In this document: piece after piece, positions 22,735 through 31,523 of the stretch
How positions within the stretch are numbered: the stretch's first letter is position 1
Layout: every line of letters begins with the position of its first letter
Assembly: GCF_000017945.1 (NCBI RefSeq)
Contig: NC_009776.1
Coordinates: 270,001-302,000, forward strand
Direction of reading: 5' to 3'
From: Ignicoccus hospitalis KIN4/I
GTDB taxonomy: Archaea > Thermoproteota > Thermoprotei_A > Sulfolobales > Ignicoccaceae
Length of the DNA: 32,000 bases
The notes under the pieces: model-generated
Told to the model about the DNA's origin: nothing
Seen by the model: only the letters and a program-made list of their open reading frames with translations
Databases searched by the model: none
Program-made: the position numbers and the translations under genes

Positions 22735-23686
22735 AGAAGGTATCTATATACTTCTTCGTTACCCAGCATATCTCCTTCATACCTTCATCTCCCCAAAACC
22801 TCTCGTAAAGCCAGTACAAGCACCTCCCGCCGCAGTAGCCCTTGTACTCGCACCTCTCGCAAGGGACCCCCTCGGGGTAACTCAAGGCCTTGGGAGGGGA
22901 GCGCTCGTAAACGCTCCCGGCCTTGGCCCAACCCTCATAGGGCGCTATGGGACAAGCCACCACGCTGCCGTCCGTGAGCACGGAGTAGGCCTTCCTCCCG
23001 GCCCCGCACGGCACCCAGTCCCAAGGCTCCTTGTGAGCCTTTAAGAGGGCTATGAAGGGGACTATCCCCAAGAGCTCCCCAGTCCTCAAGTAGTGTTCTT
23101 TGAACTCCTCTGCCAACCTCCTTATGCCCGGCAAGTAGCTCCTCTCCGCCCATCCCCTCAAGTCCCACTTGGGCACCCAGTCCACCGACAGCTGCCAGTG
23201 GACGTGGGTGAAGGGGAGGGAGAGCAAGTGCTTTACGTCTCTATATATGTCGCTCTCCAAGTCAACGGCCATCCTGGCTATGACCCTCTTCACCCCCAGC
23301 CTCCTAGCCTTGTAGGCCAGCTCCAAGGCCTTCGCGTAGCTCCCCCTCCCCCTGCGGGAGTCGTTGAACTCCTCCGGGCCGTCTATAGAGATCAAGACGT
23401 TCTTCATCCTCTCCCAGTACCTCGGGGGCAAGAGGTGGTGTAAGGTGGCGTTGGTCTGTATGCCGAAGGTAGCCTCGACGTTGTCCATTACGTCCATTAT
23501 GAACTTCGGGTTCAGCAAGGGCTCCCCTCCGTAGAACACTATCGCCGGCCTAGGGTCCACGGCCTCCAAGTACTCCTTCAAGGTTGAGACGGGGTAGACC
23601 GGCTTAGGGGGGAGGTCCGGCCAAGAGCCCCCGCAGTACTTGCACTTGAGGTTACACTTAGAGGAGCTGTAAACGAGCCAGAGCAT
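22640..23686 (-). CDS. Radical SAM enzyme with a C-terminal SPASM-type auxiliary Fe-S domain (peptide-modifying/maturase-like)
   Basis: 348-aa ORF. The CNLKCKYC (CxxxCxxC) cluster lies at the N-terminus, followed by GGEPLL. The C-terminal cysteine pattern is CGAG...VVACP...CERCEYKGYCGGRC. Confidence 0.8.
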   Translation of the reverse strand: MLWLVYSSSKCNLKCKYCGGSWPDLPPKPVYPVSTLKEYLEAVDPRPAIVFYGGEPLLNPKFIMDVMDNVEATFGIQTNATLHHLLPPRYWERMKNVLISIDGPEEFNDSRRGRGSYAKALELAYKARRLGVKRVIARMAVDLESDIYRDVKHLLSLPFTHVHWQLSVDWVPKWDLRGWAERSYLPGIRRLAEEFKEHYLRTGELLGIVPFIALLKAHKEPWDWVPCGAGRKAYSVLTDGSVVACPIAPYEGWAKAGSVYERSPPKALSYPEGVPCERCEYKGYCGGRCLYWLYERFWGDEGMKEICWVTKKYIDTFFEVVGDLADEMAEHEEVASYDPLEDSTEAVP

Positions 23687-24030
23687 TACCGCCTCTTACA
23701 CGCGCTCTCCAAGACGTTTTTCACCTCTTCCGCCTCCTCCGGGGCGAGCCTCCTCATTACTATAGAGACCGTCACTTCCGAGTCCTCTAACTCCTTCCTT
23801 ATCATTTCCGTGTTAGCCTTGTAAACGAAAGATTTCAACACCACCCTGTAGAAGCCGGTAGATATTATGTGTTGTGTCTGAACCTTCATGAATATCTTGT
23901 TACACTTTGACCTGACGAGCTTGCTGTACTTCACCAAAGTTCTCAACGCTTTGAACTTCATCGGGTTGACGAGCTTGGCGTCCCGGTAGAAGCCGGAGAG
24001 GGCCACCACCAACAAGAACGCCTCTTCCAC
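23686..24030 (-). CDS. Small hypothetical protein, translationally coupled to the radical SAM/SPASM gene
   Basis: 114-aa ORF. Its TAA stop shares one base with the downstream ATG (TAATG at 23684-23688 on the minus strand). No recognised motif. Confidence 0.5.
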   Translation of the reverse strand: MEEAFLLVVALSGFYRDAKLVNPMKFKALRTLVKYSKLVRSKCNKIFMKVQTQHIISTGFYRVVLKSFVYKANTEMIRKELEDSEVTVSIVMRRLAPEEAEEVKNVLESACKRR

Positions 24031-24149
24031 GGTCTAAACCCGTTCGACGTCTCATTCAGAGAAGATATTTAATGAGGGCTTAAAGTTTCGAAGTTGGAAG
24101 GTGCGTTGATAACTTAAATAGAAGCCTCGGAGAGGGCGCGGGAGAGCCC

Positions 24150-24566
24150 TTGCAGAAGCCCCTAGTCTCTATAATAATGGGCTCCAAGAGCGACGAGCAC
24201 GTGGCGAAGAAGGTCATCGAAGTTTTGGAAGAACACTGCGTACCCTACGAACTCAAGGTGATATCCGCCCACCGGCAGCCAGAGGAGCTGGACAAGTACC
24301 TAAAGGAGAGCAAGGAGTACGTCAAGGTCTACATAACCATAGCGGGCCTCTCCGCTGCGCTCCCCGGCGTGGTGGCCTCCAAGGTAGAACAGCCAGTCAT
24401 AGGGGTGCCCGTGGAAGTCAAGCTAATGGGCTTGGACGCCCTCTTCAGCATAGTCCAAATGCCTCCAGGGGTGCCGGTGGCGGCGGTAGGCATAGACAAC
24501 GGCAAGAACGCGGCCTACCTAGCCATAAGGATACTAAAGCTCGCGGGCTTCCGGCCGTGTAAGTGA
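24150..24566 (+). CDS. purE: N5-carboxyaminoimidazole ribonucleotide mutase / AIR carboxylase catalytic subunit
   Basis: 138-aa ORF with a TTG start. [40 protein letters not shown] and [12 protein letters not shown] are PurE signatures. Confidence 0.9.
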   Translation: MQKPLVSIIMGSKSDEHVAKKVIEVLEEHCVPYELKVISAHRQPEELDKYLKESKEYVKVYITIAGLSAALPGVVASKVEQPVIGVPVEVKLMGLDALFSIVQMPPGVPVAAVGIDNGKNAAYLAIRILKLAGFRPCK

Positions 24567-24579
24567 GGGAAGGGCCTCC

Positions 24580-25182
24580 TTGAACGTAACTAACGTTTTG
24601 AGGAAGGCGGCGAAGCTCGCTTACAAATCAAAAGCGTTCGACCTACTCGCCTACGTGAAGTCCGCCCACATGAACTACGTCGCGTTCGCGCTCACGATAA
24701 TAAACTTGGTAGTTATATTGAACGGCGTAGTGCTGCCTTACTTGCGCGTCCCCGCCCCCCTCCGCTTGGCGACTACGGCCTTAATCCTCCTCGCGGTGGG
24801 CGCGACCTCCTTAATCCTCGGCTGGATAGACGTGAACGCCGGCGTCACGCGGAAGACCGTGGAGAAGCAAGCCTATTGGAGGAGGCCCACGTGGGCGCAA
24901 GCCGCCACCTTGACCTTGAGGGTCGCTGACCTCCCCTCAGTAGTTTCTCTCTGGCTGAGGCTCAAGGGGGAGGGGACAGCCGACGAAGAGCTGAAGAGGT
25001 GCTTTAGGAACGCAGTGCACAACACCGTGGAGTGGGTCTACTTCAGCCACCTCGAGGTGGGGAAGCCCCCGATGAGCCAAGACGTGAGGTGCTTGGAGAG
25101 GTTGGCCTCCATGTTAGGTTTGGACGTCTCAGATATCAAGGATGAGATTTTGGAAATATTGAAGAAGCCGGAGTTCAGGTGA
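24580..25182 (+). CDS. Two-TM membrane protein of unknown function (paralog A)
   Basis: 200-aa ORF. Two hydrophobic helices are followed by the motif AYWRRP and a soluble Cys-containing tail. Confidence 0.55.
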   Translation: MNVTNVLRKAAKLAYKSKAFDLLAYVKSAHMNYVAFALTIINLVVILNGVVLPYLRVPAPLRLATTALILLAVGATSLILGWIDVNAGVTRKTVEKQAYWRRPTWAQAATLTLRVADLPSVVSLWLRLKGEGTADEELKRCFRNAVHNTVEWVYFSHLEVGKPPMSQDVRCLERLASMLGLDVSDIKDEILEILKKPEFR

Positions 25183-25706
25183 GGGGGATGAGCAAGCTCC
25201 ACAGGGCGTTAAAGGTCTACGTCTACGTGAGGCTTGGACTGGGCAACTATTTGTCCTTCACCCTCGCAGTATTCAACACAGCGTCGTTGGTCTGGTACTT
25301 CGCGGGCCTCAAGGAAGTAATAGGCTTCGGCGAGTTCTTGCTCTTGTTCTTTGCGATATACTTCCCCTTGGCAGCTTTTTTGGGATACCACGACCTCAAG
25401 CGCTTGGTCGGAAAGACCATGGCCGAGGTGAGCCCCTACTGGAGGAGGCCCAACTACTTCTTGTCCAATTACTACCTGGGCAGTATGATGTATTTGCACC
25501 ACGCCTTGGCTTTCTGGAAGCTCTCGGGCGACGATAGGGTCAAGGAGTGCTCGAAGGAAGCGGTCATGAACCACCTCAAACGCCTAATATCGGAGGGGGA
25601 GATGAGGCCTCACGGGAGCTGCTTCTGCAAGCTCGCCTTTGAGGAGGGCTTGATGGACGAAGAGCACTACGAGATGTGCGTTAAGGCCTTAAGGGAGCTG
25701 GAGTGA
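25179..25706 (+). CDS. Two-TM membrane protein of unknown function (paralog B)
   Basis: 175-aa ORF whose start overlaps the paralog A stop (GTGA); an alternative ATG is at 25188. It has the same architecture and the motif PYWRRP. Confidence 0.55.
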   Translation: MRGMSKLHRALKVYVYVRLGLGNYLSFTLAVFNTASLVWYFAGLKEVIGFGEFLLLFFAIYFPLAAFLGYHDLKRLVGKTMAEVSPYWRRPNYFLSNYYLGSMMYLHHALAFWKLSGDDRVKECSKEAVMNHLKRLISEGEMRPHGSCFCKLAFEEGLMDEEHYEMCVKALRELE

Positions 25707-26324
25707 GCGGGCCAGCGAACGGGAGATTCGGTCCGCCCACGCTATCGGCTCCGGCAGCCTCCGGACAGTTAACCTCTTCACTATTTGGTAGGCGGTCTCC
25801 AAGCTCACGCAGTGTCCGACGCTGACGTACAGCTTTTGCTTTCCTCTCCTGATGACGTAAGCCACCACCTTACCCTCGTGCACCAAGCACTCCCTCTCCC
25901 CGCACCTCTCCTCCTCCCCCACCAGCCTCCTCTTTGCCACCCCGACCGTGGGGACCCCGCTCGTCACCCCCACGTGGGAGGCTATCCCCAGCCCCCTGGG
26001 GTGGGTCCTCCCGTGGCCGTCCACCAAGAGCAAGTCGTAGCCCTTGACCTTCTTAATTAACGTCAAGTGCAAGGGTGCCTCCCGGAAGGCCAAGAACCCC
26101 GGCACGTAGGGGATGGGGACCCTCGCGACGACGTAGTAGTGCTTGAGAGGCCTTAAGGTTTTATAGTCGATCAGCGAGAGCGCGGAGACGCCGACGTCGC
26201 CCTTGTAGGAGACGTCCAGCCCGCCCACCGCCTCTACCGCCTCCGGATCGAAGCAGTCCTCCTCCTTCACCAGCTCGGAGAGCTTCCTCTGGAGCTCGGA
26301 GGCCCTCCTCCGGTCGAAAGTCAT
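25689..26324 (-). CDS. nfi: Endonuclease V
   Basis: VGGLDVSY, PYVPGFLAFREAP, VDGHGRTHPRGLGIASHVGV and TVGVAKRRL match Nfi signatures. I placed the start at ATG 26324, which overlaps the upstream TGA (ATGA), rather than at the longer ORF-track start 26405. Confidence 0.85.
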   Translation of the reverse strand: MTFDRRRASELQRKLSELVKEEDCFDPEAVEAVGGLDVSYKGDVGVSALSLIDYKTLRPLKHYYVVARVPIPYVPGFLAFREAPLHLTLIKKVKGYDLLLVDGHGRTHPRGLGIASHVGVTSGVPTVGVAKRRLVGEEERCGERECLVHEGKVVAYVIRRGKQKLYVSVGHCVSLETAYQIVKRLTVRRLPEPIAWADRISRSLARSLQLP

Positions 26325-27136
26325 AGTTTCACTCCCATTAGCTCGACCCCCCTCCGGGGGAAGCTCGCCAGCAAGGGGCCGAACTCGGAGCCTATCCTCT
26401 CGCACTCCTCAACTATCTCCTTCAACCTCTTCAATACCCCCTCCTTCCCGGCCTCCTTCAACCACTCCCTAAACAGCTTGGCGGAGAAGCTGGCGTCGCC
26501 CTCCACGTCCTTCAAGTCGTCAGCTATTTGGTAGGCCTTACCCAACAAGAAGCCGTACCTCCAGAGGCCCTCCAGCCTCTCCTCCTCCCCCGCGGCCAAG
26601 CCGCCCAAATAAGCTGAGAGGGCAAACATGGAGGCGGTCTTGGCCTCTATTATAGCTTCGTAAGCTTCCACTCCCTTGCCCTCCGGGGGGCCGTGGACGT
26701 CCCAGACCTCCCCCTTGCTCACCTCCCACCACACTTCCACAACTTTGTCAATTGCCCTCTTCCCGTACCTCTTAACCAACATTATAGCGTGGGGAATTAA
26801 CAAGTTACTCACCATTACGGTATTGGCGACCCCCTTGGCTACCCAAGCGCTGGGCCTCCCGCGCCTAACGAAGTCCAAGTCTATTATGTCGTCTATTGAG
26901 AGGGAGCTCGCGTGGACCAGCTCCAGCGCCAGGGCGGCCGGCAAGGCGTCCTCCGGGTTCCCCCCTAAGGCCTCGTTGACCAGCATGACCAGCGCTCCCC
27001 TGAGCCTCTTCCCCCCGTTCACTATGTACTTCGCTACGTTTATCACCCTCTCCTCGTAAGTATTTTTGATAAGTTCCTCTAACTCTTTGTCAATTATATT
27101 TCTCCACTTTTCGAGCGCTCGCTGTATTTCGTTCAC
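26321..27136 (-). CDS. Short-chain trans-polyprenyl diphosphate synthase (GGPP synthase-like)
   Basis: 271-aa ORF. GGKRLRG, the first Asp-rich motif DDIID (HASSLSIDDIIDLD) and the second Asp-rich motif QIADDLKD are present. Confidence 0.85.
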   Translation of the reverse strand: MNEIQRALEKWRNIIDKELEELIKNTYEERVINVAKYIVNGGKRLRGALVMLVNEALGGNPEDALPAALALELVHASSLSIDDIIDLDFVRRGRPSAWVAKGVANTVMVSNLLIPHAIMLVKRYGKRAIDKVVEVWWEVSKGEVWDVHGPPEGKGVEAYEAIIEAKTASMFALSAYLGGLAAGEEERLEGLWRYGFLLGKAYQIADDLKDVEGDASFSAKLFREWLKEAGKEGVLKRLKEIVEECERIGSEFGPLLASFPRRGVELMGVKL

Positions 27137-27179
27137 TGAAGCCTACCCTCCGAGGGGCTGGGGCGATGGAAATAAGGAG

Positions 27180-27563
27180 TTGGTCGCCGGGCGGTACACA
27201 GAGATATTACTTACCTGCAGGAACCCCTACCCGGGGAAGGCCGTGGACTTCCTCGTCGCGTTCTTCTACAGCGACTACTGCCCCACTTGCGACGACGTGA
27301 GGCCCCACTGGGAGGAGTTCGTGGAGCTCCACAGGGGGGAGGGAACGTTCATCAGGATAAAGAAGAGCCCGGAGACCGCGAAGCTCTTCAAGAGCTTGGG
27401 GGTAAGCTGGGTCCCCACCGTGGTCTTCTATCACGACGACAAGGAAGTCAAGAGGATAGAGGGCTTCTTCACGCTCTCTGACCTCGAGCGGGCAATGAGG
27501 CGCTTCCTCTCGAGGGTTTCGGCGCGTACTTCTCCCAGAGCTTGCTCACCACAGAAAGCCTGA
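27180..27563 (+). CDS. Thioredoxin-fold protein (CPTC active site)
   Basis: FFYSDYCPTCDDVRPHWEEF...WVPTVVFY is thioredoxin-like. I placed the start at the in-frame TTG 27180, because the ORF-track start at 27066 lies inside the divergent gene. The 3' end overlaps the convergent gene by about 95 nt. Confidence 0.6.
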   Translation: MVAGRYTEILLTCRNPYPGKAVDFLVAFFYSDYCPTCDDVRPHWEEFVELHRGEGTFIRIKKSPETAKLFKSLGVSWVPTVVFYHDDKEVKRIEGFFTLSDLERAMRRFLSRVSARTSPRACSPQKA

Positions 27564-28623
27564 ACTCCCCCAAGACGCCGTAGAGCTCCCTCAAGGCCAC
27601 GAGCCCGGAGTACCAGAGCGCCTCGGCCCTCAGCGGAGGGGACGAGTGAAGCGCCATAGCTACCTTAAACGCCAACCCCTCCAGGGGGTTGAGCTTGACC
27701 GAGTGCCAAGGCTCCGACCAACCCCTCTTAAAGTACTCCTCCAAGTCGAATACGTTCAAGTGAGCTGCTCCTCCTACCAAACTGAAAGAGCTCACTCCCA
27801 AGCCCAAGAATTCCTCCGCGCGAGCTACGTACTCGTCGACCATGGCCTCTGTCTTAGAGAAGGTCCAAGCGTTCTGCCTAACGAACCCCCTCTTGGAGGC
27901 CTCCCTCACTATCCTCTGGTAGTTCTGGAAGCACAGCCTCTCTCCCTCCGGCCCTCTCTTGGGGAAGGGCATGAGCGGGTAGAAGGTCACTTGGTCGGCT
28001 CCGCACTCCAAGGCCTTAACCGCGTCGGGGGTGGGGTCCTCCAAGCCCCACACCACGTCCACGTTAAAGGTCTTGAACTTCTTAGATTTTAAAATTTCTA
28101 TTGCGAGCTCGTTAGTTTCGGGGGAGACTGGCCTCCCGAGCTTTTTCAACCCTTCCGGGGAGAAGCTCTGAACCCCCATGCTCACCCTCGTTACCTTCTT
28201 CGGGTCCAAGTGTTCTGCGGCCCCCAAGAAGGCCACGTCCACTGGGTGGACCTCTACGGAGATCTGGGGCCTCCAGAGGGACCATACCAGATCCACCAGC
28301 TCCCCTAAGGCTTCCGGCTTGGAGGATGGCGACCCCCCGCCGACGTAGACCTCCACCGCCTCAACTCCGCTGGAGTGAGCCTCCTCCACGTCCTTAATCA
28401 ACTTCTTGAAGTACTTAGAAGCCAAGTCCTCGGAGTAGGGAAACCGGACGAAGTGGCAGAACTTGCAGAGGGACCTACAAAACGGCACGTGTAAGTATAG
28501 GGAAACCCTCCCTTCCGGCCTCATGGGGGTCCCGGGGGAGGATAGGAGCTTCCTCAACCAAGCCTCGCTCCACCTCCTCGAGAGCTCCGCGAGAGCGCTG
28601 AAGGCTCTCCACAACGCTACCAT
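27469..28623 (-). CDS. Radical SAM protein of the HemN/HemW family (coproporphyrinogen III oxidase-like)
   Basis: 384-aa ORF. LYLHVPFCRSLCKFCHF (CxxxCxxC), YVGGGSPS and RVSMGVQSF are typical of HemN/HemW. Confidence 0.8.
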   Translation of the reverse strand: MVALWRAFSALAELSRRWSEAWLRKLLSSPGTPMRPEGRVSLYLHVPFCRSLCKFCHFVRFPYSEDLASKYFKKLIKDVEEAHSSGVEAVEVYVGGGSPSSKPEALGELVDLVWSLWRPQISVEVHPVDVAFLGAAEHLDPKKVTRVSMGVQSFSPEGLKKLGRPVSPETNELAIEILKSKKFKTFNVDVVWGLEDPTPDAVKALECGADQVTFYPLMPFPKRGPEGERLCFQNYQRIVREASKRGFVRQNAWTFSKTEAMVDEYVARAEEFLGLGVSSFSLVGGAAHLNVFDLEEYFKRGWSEPWHSVKLNPLEGLAFKVAMALHSSPPLRAEALWYSGLVALRELYGVLGEFRLSVVSKLWEKYAPKPSRGSASLPARGQRA

Positions 28624-28679
28624 CGACTCTTTCCCGTCCGGTCGGTTTAGATAACTGTGATTGACCAGAAAGTTAGGGC

Positions 28680-30146
28680 TCAGCCCAAGAAACCCCTCAT
28701 CTCGGCGAGCTCCATTACTATTGCCTTTGCTCTGCTCACTTCCGCCTCGTCCAGAGCGCCCCTAAGCTCCCTCAGCTTCTCGAAGTACCCCTCCGGCGGG
28801 GACTTGGGGGGCTCCACGTTAGCGAAGTACTCCTTGACTACGTCCACATCCTTCTTTATTATTTCGAAAGTTTTCTCGTCCACGTACCTCTTGAATACTT
28901 CCAAGTCTGTGAAGGCGTAGTCGAAGGCGAAGTCTTTGGGGAGCAAGGGCACGAACTTTAACAAGTGTTCCAGCTTCTCAGCCGTGCCGGAGGCGAGCTC
29001 CTCTATCACTCCGGCCCCTATGAGCGTCGGCCCGAGGCCCATGGAGTACAGCGAGGCGCAGAACCTTATCGCCCTGGGCATTTCCTTACCGGTCTTAGCC
29101 CTCCTCTTGTAGCTGTCGAGCCTCGCCCTCGTCCGAGTCACGAACTTCGCCATGAATGATATCATGTCAGCCAGCCTCTCCAGCCTAGACAAGTAGACCT
29201 CGCTGGCCCTCCACGCCACGTTCACCATCTCTTTGGCGTACCCCAGCAGCTCTAGGGGAGGCTGTTTGCCAGAGTTCTTGGTCACTACGGTAATTGTATG
29301 TACGTAGTCCTTCCTGTCCGTGTTGAAACGGAGGGCCGACTGCACGGTGGCAGTATAATAGCCCCTCCAAGCCTCTACCCAGTCCTCTATCACCCACTCC
29401 GCCATGTGTCCCCTCAACGGGGGCTTGCCCATACCGATTATCGGGTAGACCTTGAACATAGTGTCCTTTTGCCAGTTCCAGAGCTTCAGCAAGCCCATCC
29501 TAACCCCTATAGAGCTGGCTATGTGGCCGGAGTGTATTCCAGAGTCGCTCTTGCCCATGAAAATTCTGAACTCATTCTCAAACATACCTATCTCCTTGAT
29601 GAAAGCTATCCTCAAGCCTTCCACTATCTCGTCTATATGCATGTGGGATTCGGCCGTCTCGAAGAGCGGGATCAGCTTGATCCATTCCTCTATACGTAAC
29701 GAGAACTCTTCGGAGACCAGCCTTTCCACCTTCAGTATCCTCCTCTGCACCTCGGCCAGCTCGAGGGTTGAGGTGGACATTGGGAGTATGATGTACTTTA
29801 TCGCGTCTGTGTTGAAGTACATCTGGGAATACATGTTAGCGGTCACGGCGGCGGTTATGGCCAACAGGTGGCGGTCCTTGTCCTCTAATTTGGGGTTGGG
29901 CACTCTAGGAGTTATCAAGAAGTCCTCTCCCGGAACCACGTCGTACTTCCTCACTTCCTCTATTATGTCCCTCATCTGGTTGTAGGGTGTCGCCTTGCCC
30001 TCGTAGTCCACCATCTTCTCGTCGCAGCCCCTCCCGCCTTGGTCCAGCGGGAGGACGTCTTGGATTGCTTCCTCCACCTCGTCTTGCGGCATGAGGACTA
30101 CTGTGCTGTCTGGGTGCTGGGTGGCCATCAGCTTGGGAACCTTCAC
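28680..30146 (-). CDS. ppcA: Archaeal-type phosphoenolpyruvate carboxylase
   Basis: 488-aa ORF with a GTG start. The N-terminal PKLMATQHPDS matches the atPEPC signature (MxTQHPD), and the size of about 490-520 aa is typical of the archaeal enzyme. Confidence 0.85.
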   Translation of the reverse strand: MKVPKLMATQHPDSTVVLMPQDEVEEAIQDVLPLDQGGRGCDEKMVDYEGKATPYNQMRDIIEEVRKYDVVPGEDFLITPRVPNPKLEDKDRHLLAITAAVTANMYSQMYFNTDAIKYIILPMSTSTLELAEVQRRILKVERLVSEEFSLRIEEWIKLIPLFETAESHMHIDEIVEGLRIAFIKEIGMFENEFRIFMGKSDSGIHSGHIASSIGVRMGLLKLWNWQKDTMFKVYPIIGMGKPPLRGHMAEWVIEDWVEAWRGYYTATVQSALRFNTDRKDYVHTITVVTKNSGKQPPLELLGYAKEMVNVAWRASEVYLSRLERLADMISFMAKFVTRTRARLDSYKRRAKTGKEMPRAIRFCASLYSMGLGPTLIGAGVIEELASGTAEKLEHLLKFVPLLPKDFAFDYAFTDLEVFKRYVDEKTFEIIKKDVDVVKEYFANVEPPKSPPEGYFEKLRELRGALDEAEVSRAKAIVMELAEMRGFLG

Positions 30147-30182
30147 CGTCCCTACCTCTAGCGGGCCTTGTGTAAATGTGGG

Positions 30183-30189
30183 TATATAT
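30183..30189. promoter_or_regulatory. TATA-like element in the divergent ppcA/pus10 intergenic region
   Basis: TATATAT lies 37 nt from the ppcA GTG (30146) and 51 nt from the proposed pus10 TTG (30240). I cannot tell which gene it serves. Confidence 0.3.
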
Positions 30190-30239
30190 CCACTGCTTCA
30201 GCGGCTATAACCGCTCCGACGGAGGGCGAGGGGGAGCGC

Positions 30240-31523
30240 TTGAGGATAACGGAAGAGGCCTTGGAGGTGGTGAAACACTACCCCCTATGCGACCACTGCT
30301 TGGGCTCCTTGTTCGCCAGGCTGGGCAAGGGCTTGGGGAACGAGCACAGGGGAGAAGCCATAAGAAGAGTAATTATCATGGAGTTGGATAGAATGGTCAG
30401 AGAAGGGGAAATAAAAAAGGAGGAGGCAGAAAAGATAATGAGTAACTTCGATTCTGACGAGGTGGAGGAGCTGGCTAAGAACATGGGCTACTCCGTCCGG
30501 AGGAGGAGCTGTTACGTCTGCGGGGGCAAGTGGAGGGAGCTGGTGGAGGAGTGGAGTAAGAAGGTAGTAGACGCCTTGAAGGAGTACGAGTTCGACACGT
30601 TCTTGGTGGGCTGTTCGGACTGCGGGGGAATGGTCGAGAGGCAGAGGGAGATAATAAGCGCCTTTAGGCTCCCGTACGCCGAGAGCGTGAAGAACTCGCT
30701 GAAGAGGGAAGTGGGCAAGAGGGTCAAGGAGCTCCTCGGAAAGGAGCCGGACTTCGAGGACCCGCACGTGGTCGCAATAATGAACTTGAGGGAGGACAAG
30801 GTAGACTTACAAATAAAGCCCGTGTTTATATACGGCATATACAAGAAGAAGGCGAGGAACGTCTCCCAGAGCGAGTGGAAGTACCCGTATTCGGTGGAGA
30901 GGGCGGTTAGGAAGGCCCTATCCCCCTTCGGAGGGGAGGTGGTCCTCCACGCCTCCGGGAGGGAGGACGTGGACGTGAGGGCCTTGGGGACGGGCAGACC
31001 CTTCGTGGCGGAGGTGAAGAGGCCTAAGAGGAGGAGGCTCCCGGTAGAGGGCTCGGAGTACGAGGACGAGCTGGTGTGGCTCAGGTTCGAGCGCTACGTG
31101 AACCGCGACTGGGTACAGAGGGTGAAGGGCGACGAGTCCAAGAAGGAGAAGGTCTACTTGGCCTTGGTTTACGTGCCCGAAGGCGTGGACGAGGGGGACT
31201 TGAGGGCCCTAGAGGAGTTCTTCGAGGACGTGACGATAAAGCAGAGGACGCCCAAGAGGGTGCTCCACAGGAGGGCGGACGTGGTGAGGGAGAGGAAGGT
31301 GTACTGGGTCAAGGCAAGGAAGCTCAACGACAAGTCCTTCGAGGCCCTCATAAAGGCCCAAGGGGGCCTCTACATAAAGGAGCTGGTGAGCGGGGACGAG
31401 GGGAGGACCGAACCCTCCTTCAGCTCCTTCTTAGGGAAGGAAGCGACCTGCGCGAGCTTGGACGTTGTCTGGGTCTCCTTGCCACAGGCCGAGCTTCGAG
31501 GCGGAGGAGAGGAGCGCGGATAG
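30240..31523 (+). CDS. pus10: tRNA pseudouridine(54/55) synthase Pus10
   Basis: YPLCDHCLGSLFARLGKGLGNEHRGEAIR (N-terminal Zn/THUMP region) and the C-terminal GGLYIKELVSGDEGRTEPSFSS are Pus10 signatures. I placed the start at TTG 30240, which leaves about 14 aa before the CDHC motif as in known Pus10. The ORF-track start at 30168 would put the TATA element inside the gene. Confidence 0.85.
   Translation: MRITEEALEVVKHYPLCDHCLGSLFARLGKGLGNEHRGEAIRRVIIMELDRMVREGEIKKEEAEKIMSNFDSDEVEELAKNMGYSVRRRSCYVCGGKWRELVEEWSKKVVDALKEYEFDTFLVGCSDCGGMVERQREIISAFRLPYAESVKNSLKREVGKRVKELLGKEPDFEDPHVVAIMNLREDKVDLQIKPVFIYGIYKKKARNVSQSEWKYPYSVERAVRKALSPFGGEVVLHASGREDVDVRALGTGRPFVAEVKRPKRRRLPVEGSEYEDELVWLRFERYVNRDWVQRVKGDESKKEKVYLALVYVPEGVDEGDLRALEEFFEDVTIKQRTPKRVLHRRADVVRERKVYWVKARKLNDKSFEALIKAQGGLYIKELVSGDEGRTEPSFSSFLGKEATCASLDVVWVSLPQAELRGGGEERG

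Noticed and set aside
26321-26324. ATGA stop/start overlap coupling GGPP synthase to endonuclease V. Also noted are several convergent 3' overlaps: 3994-4015, 8815-8860, 27469-27563 and 31431-31523.
   Set aside because: Short overlaps and coupled unrelated genes are normal in compact archaeal genomes. The longer convergent overlaps may partly reflect non-conserved C-terminal tails. No further signal supports a special mechanism.
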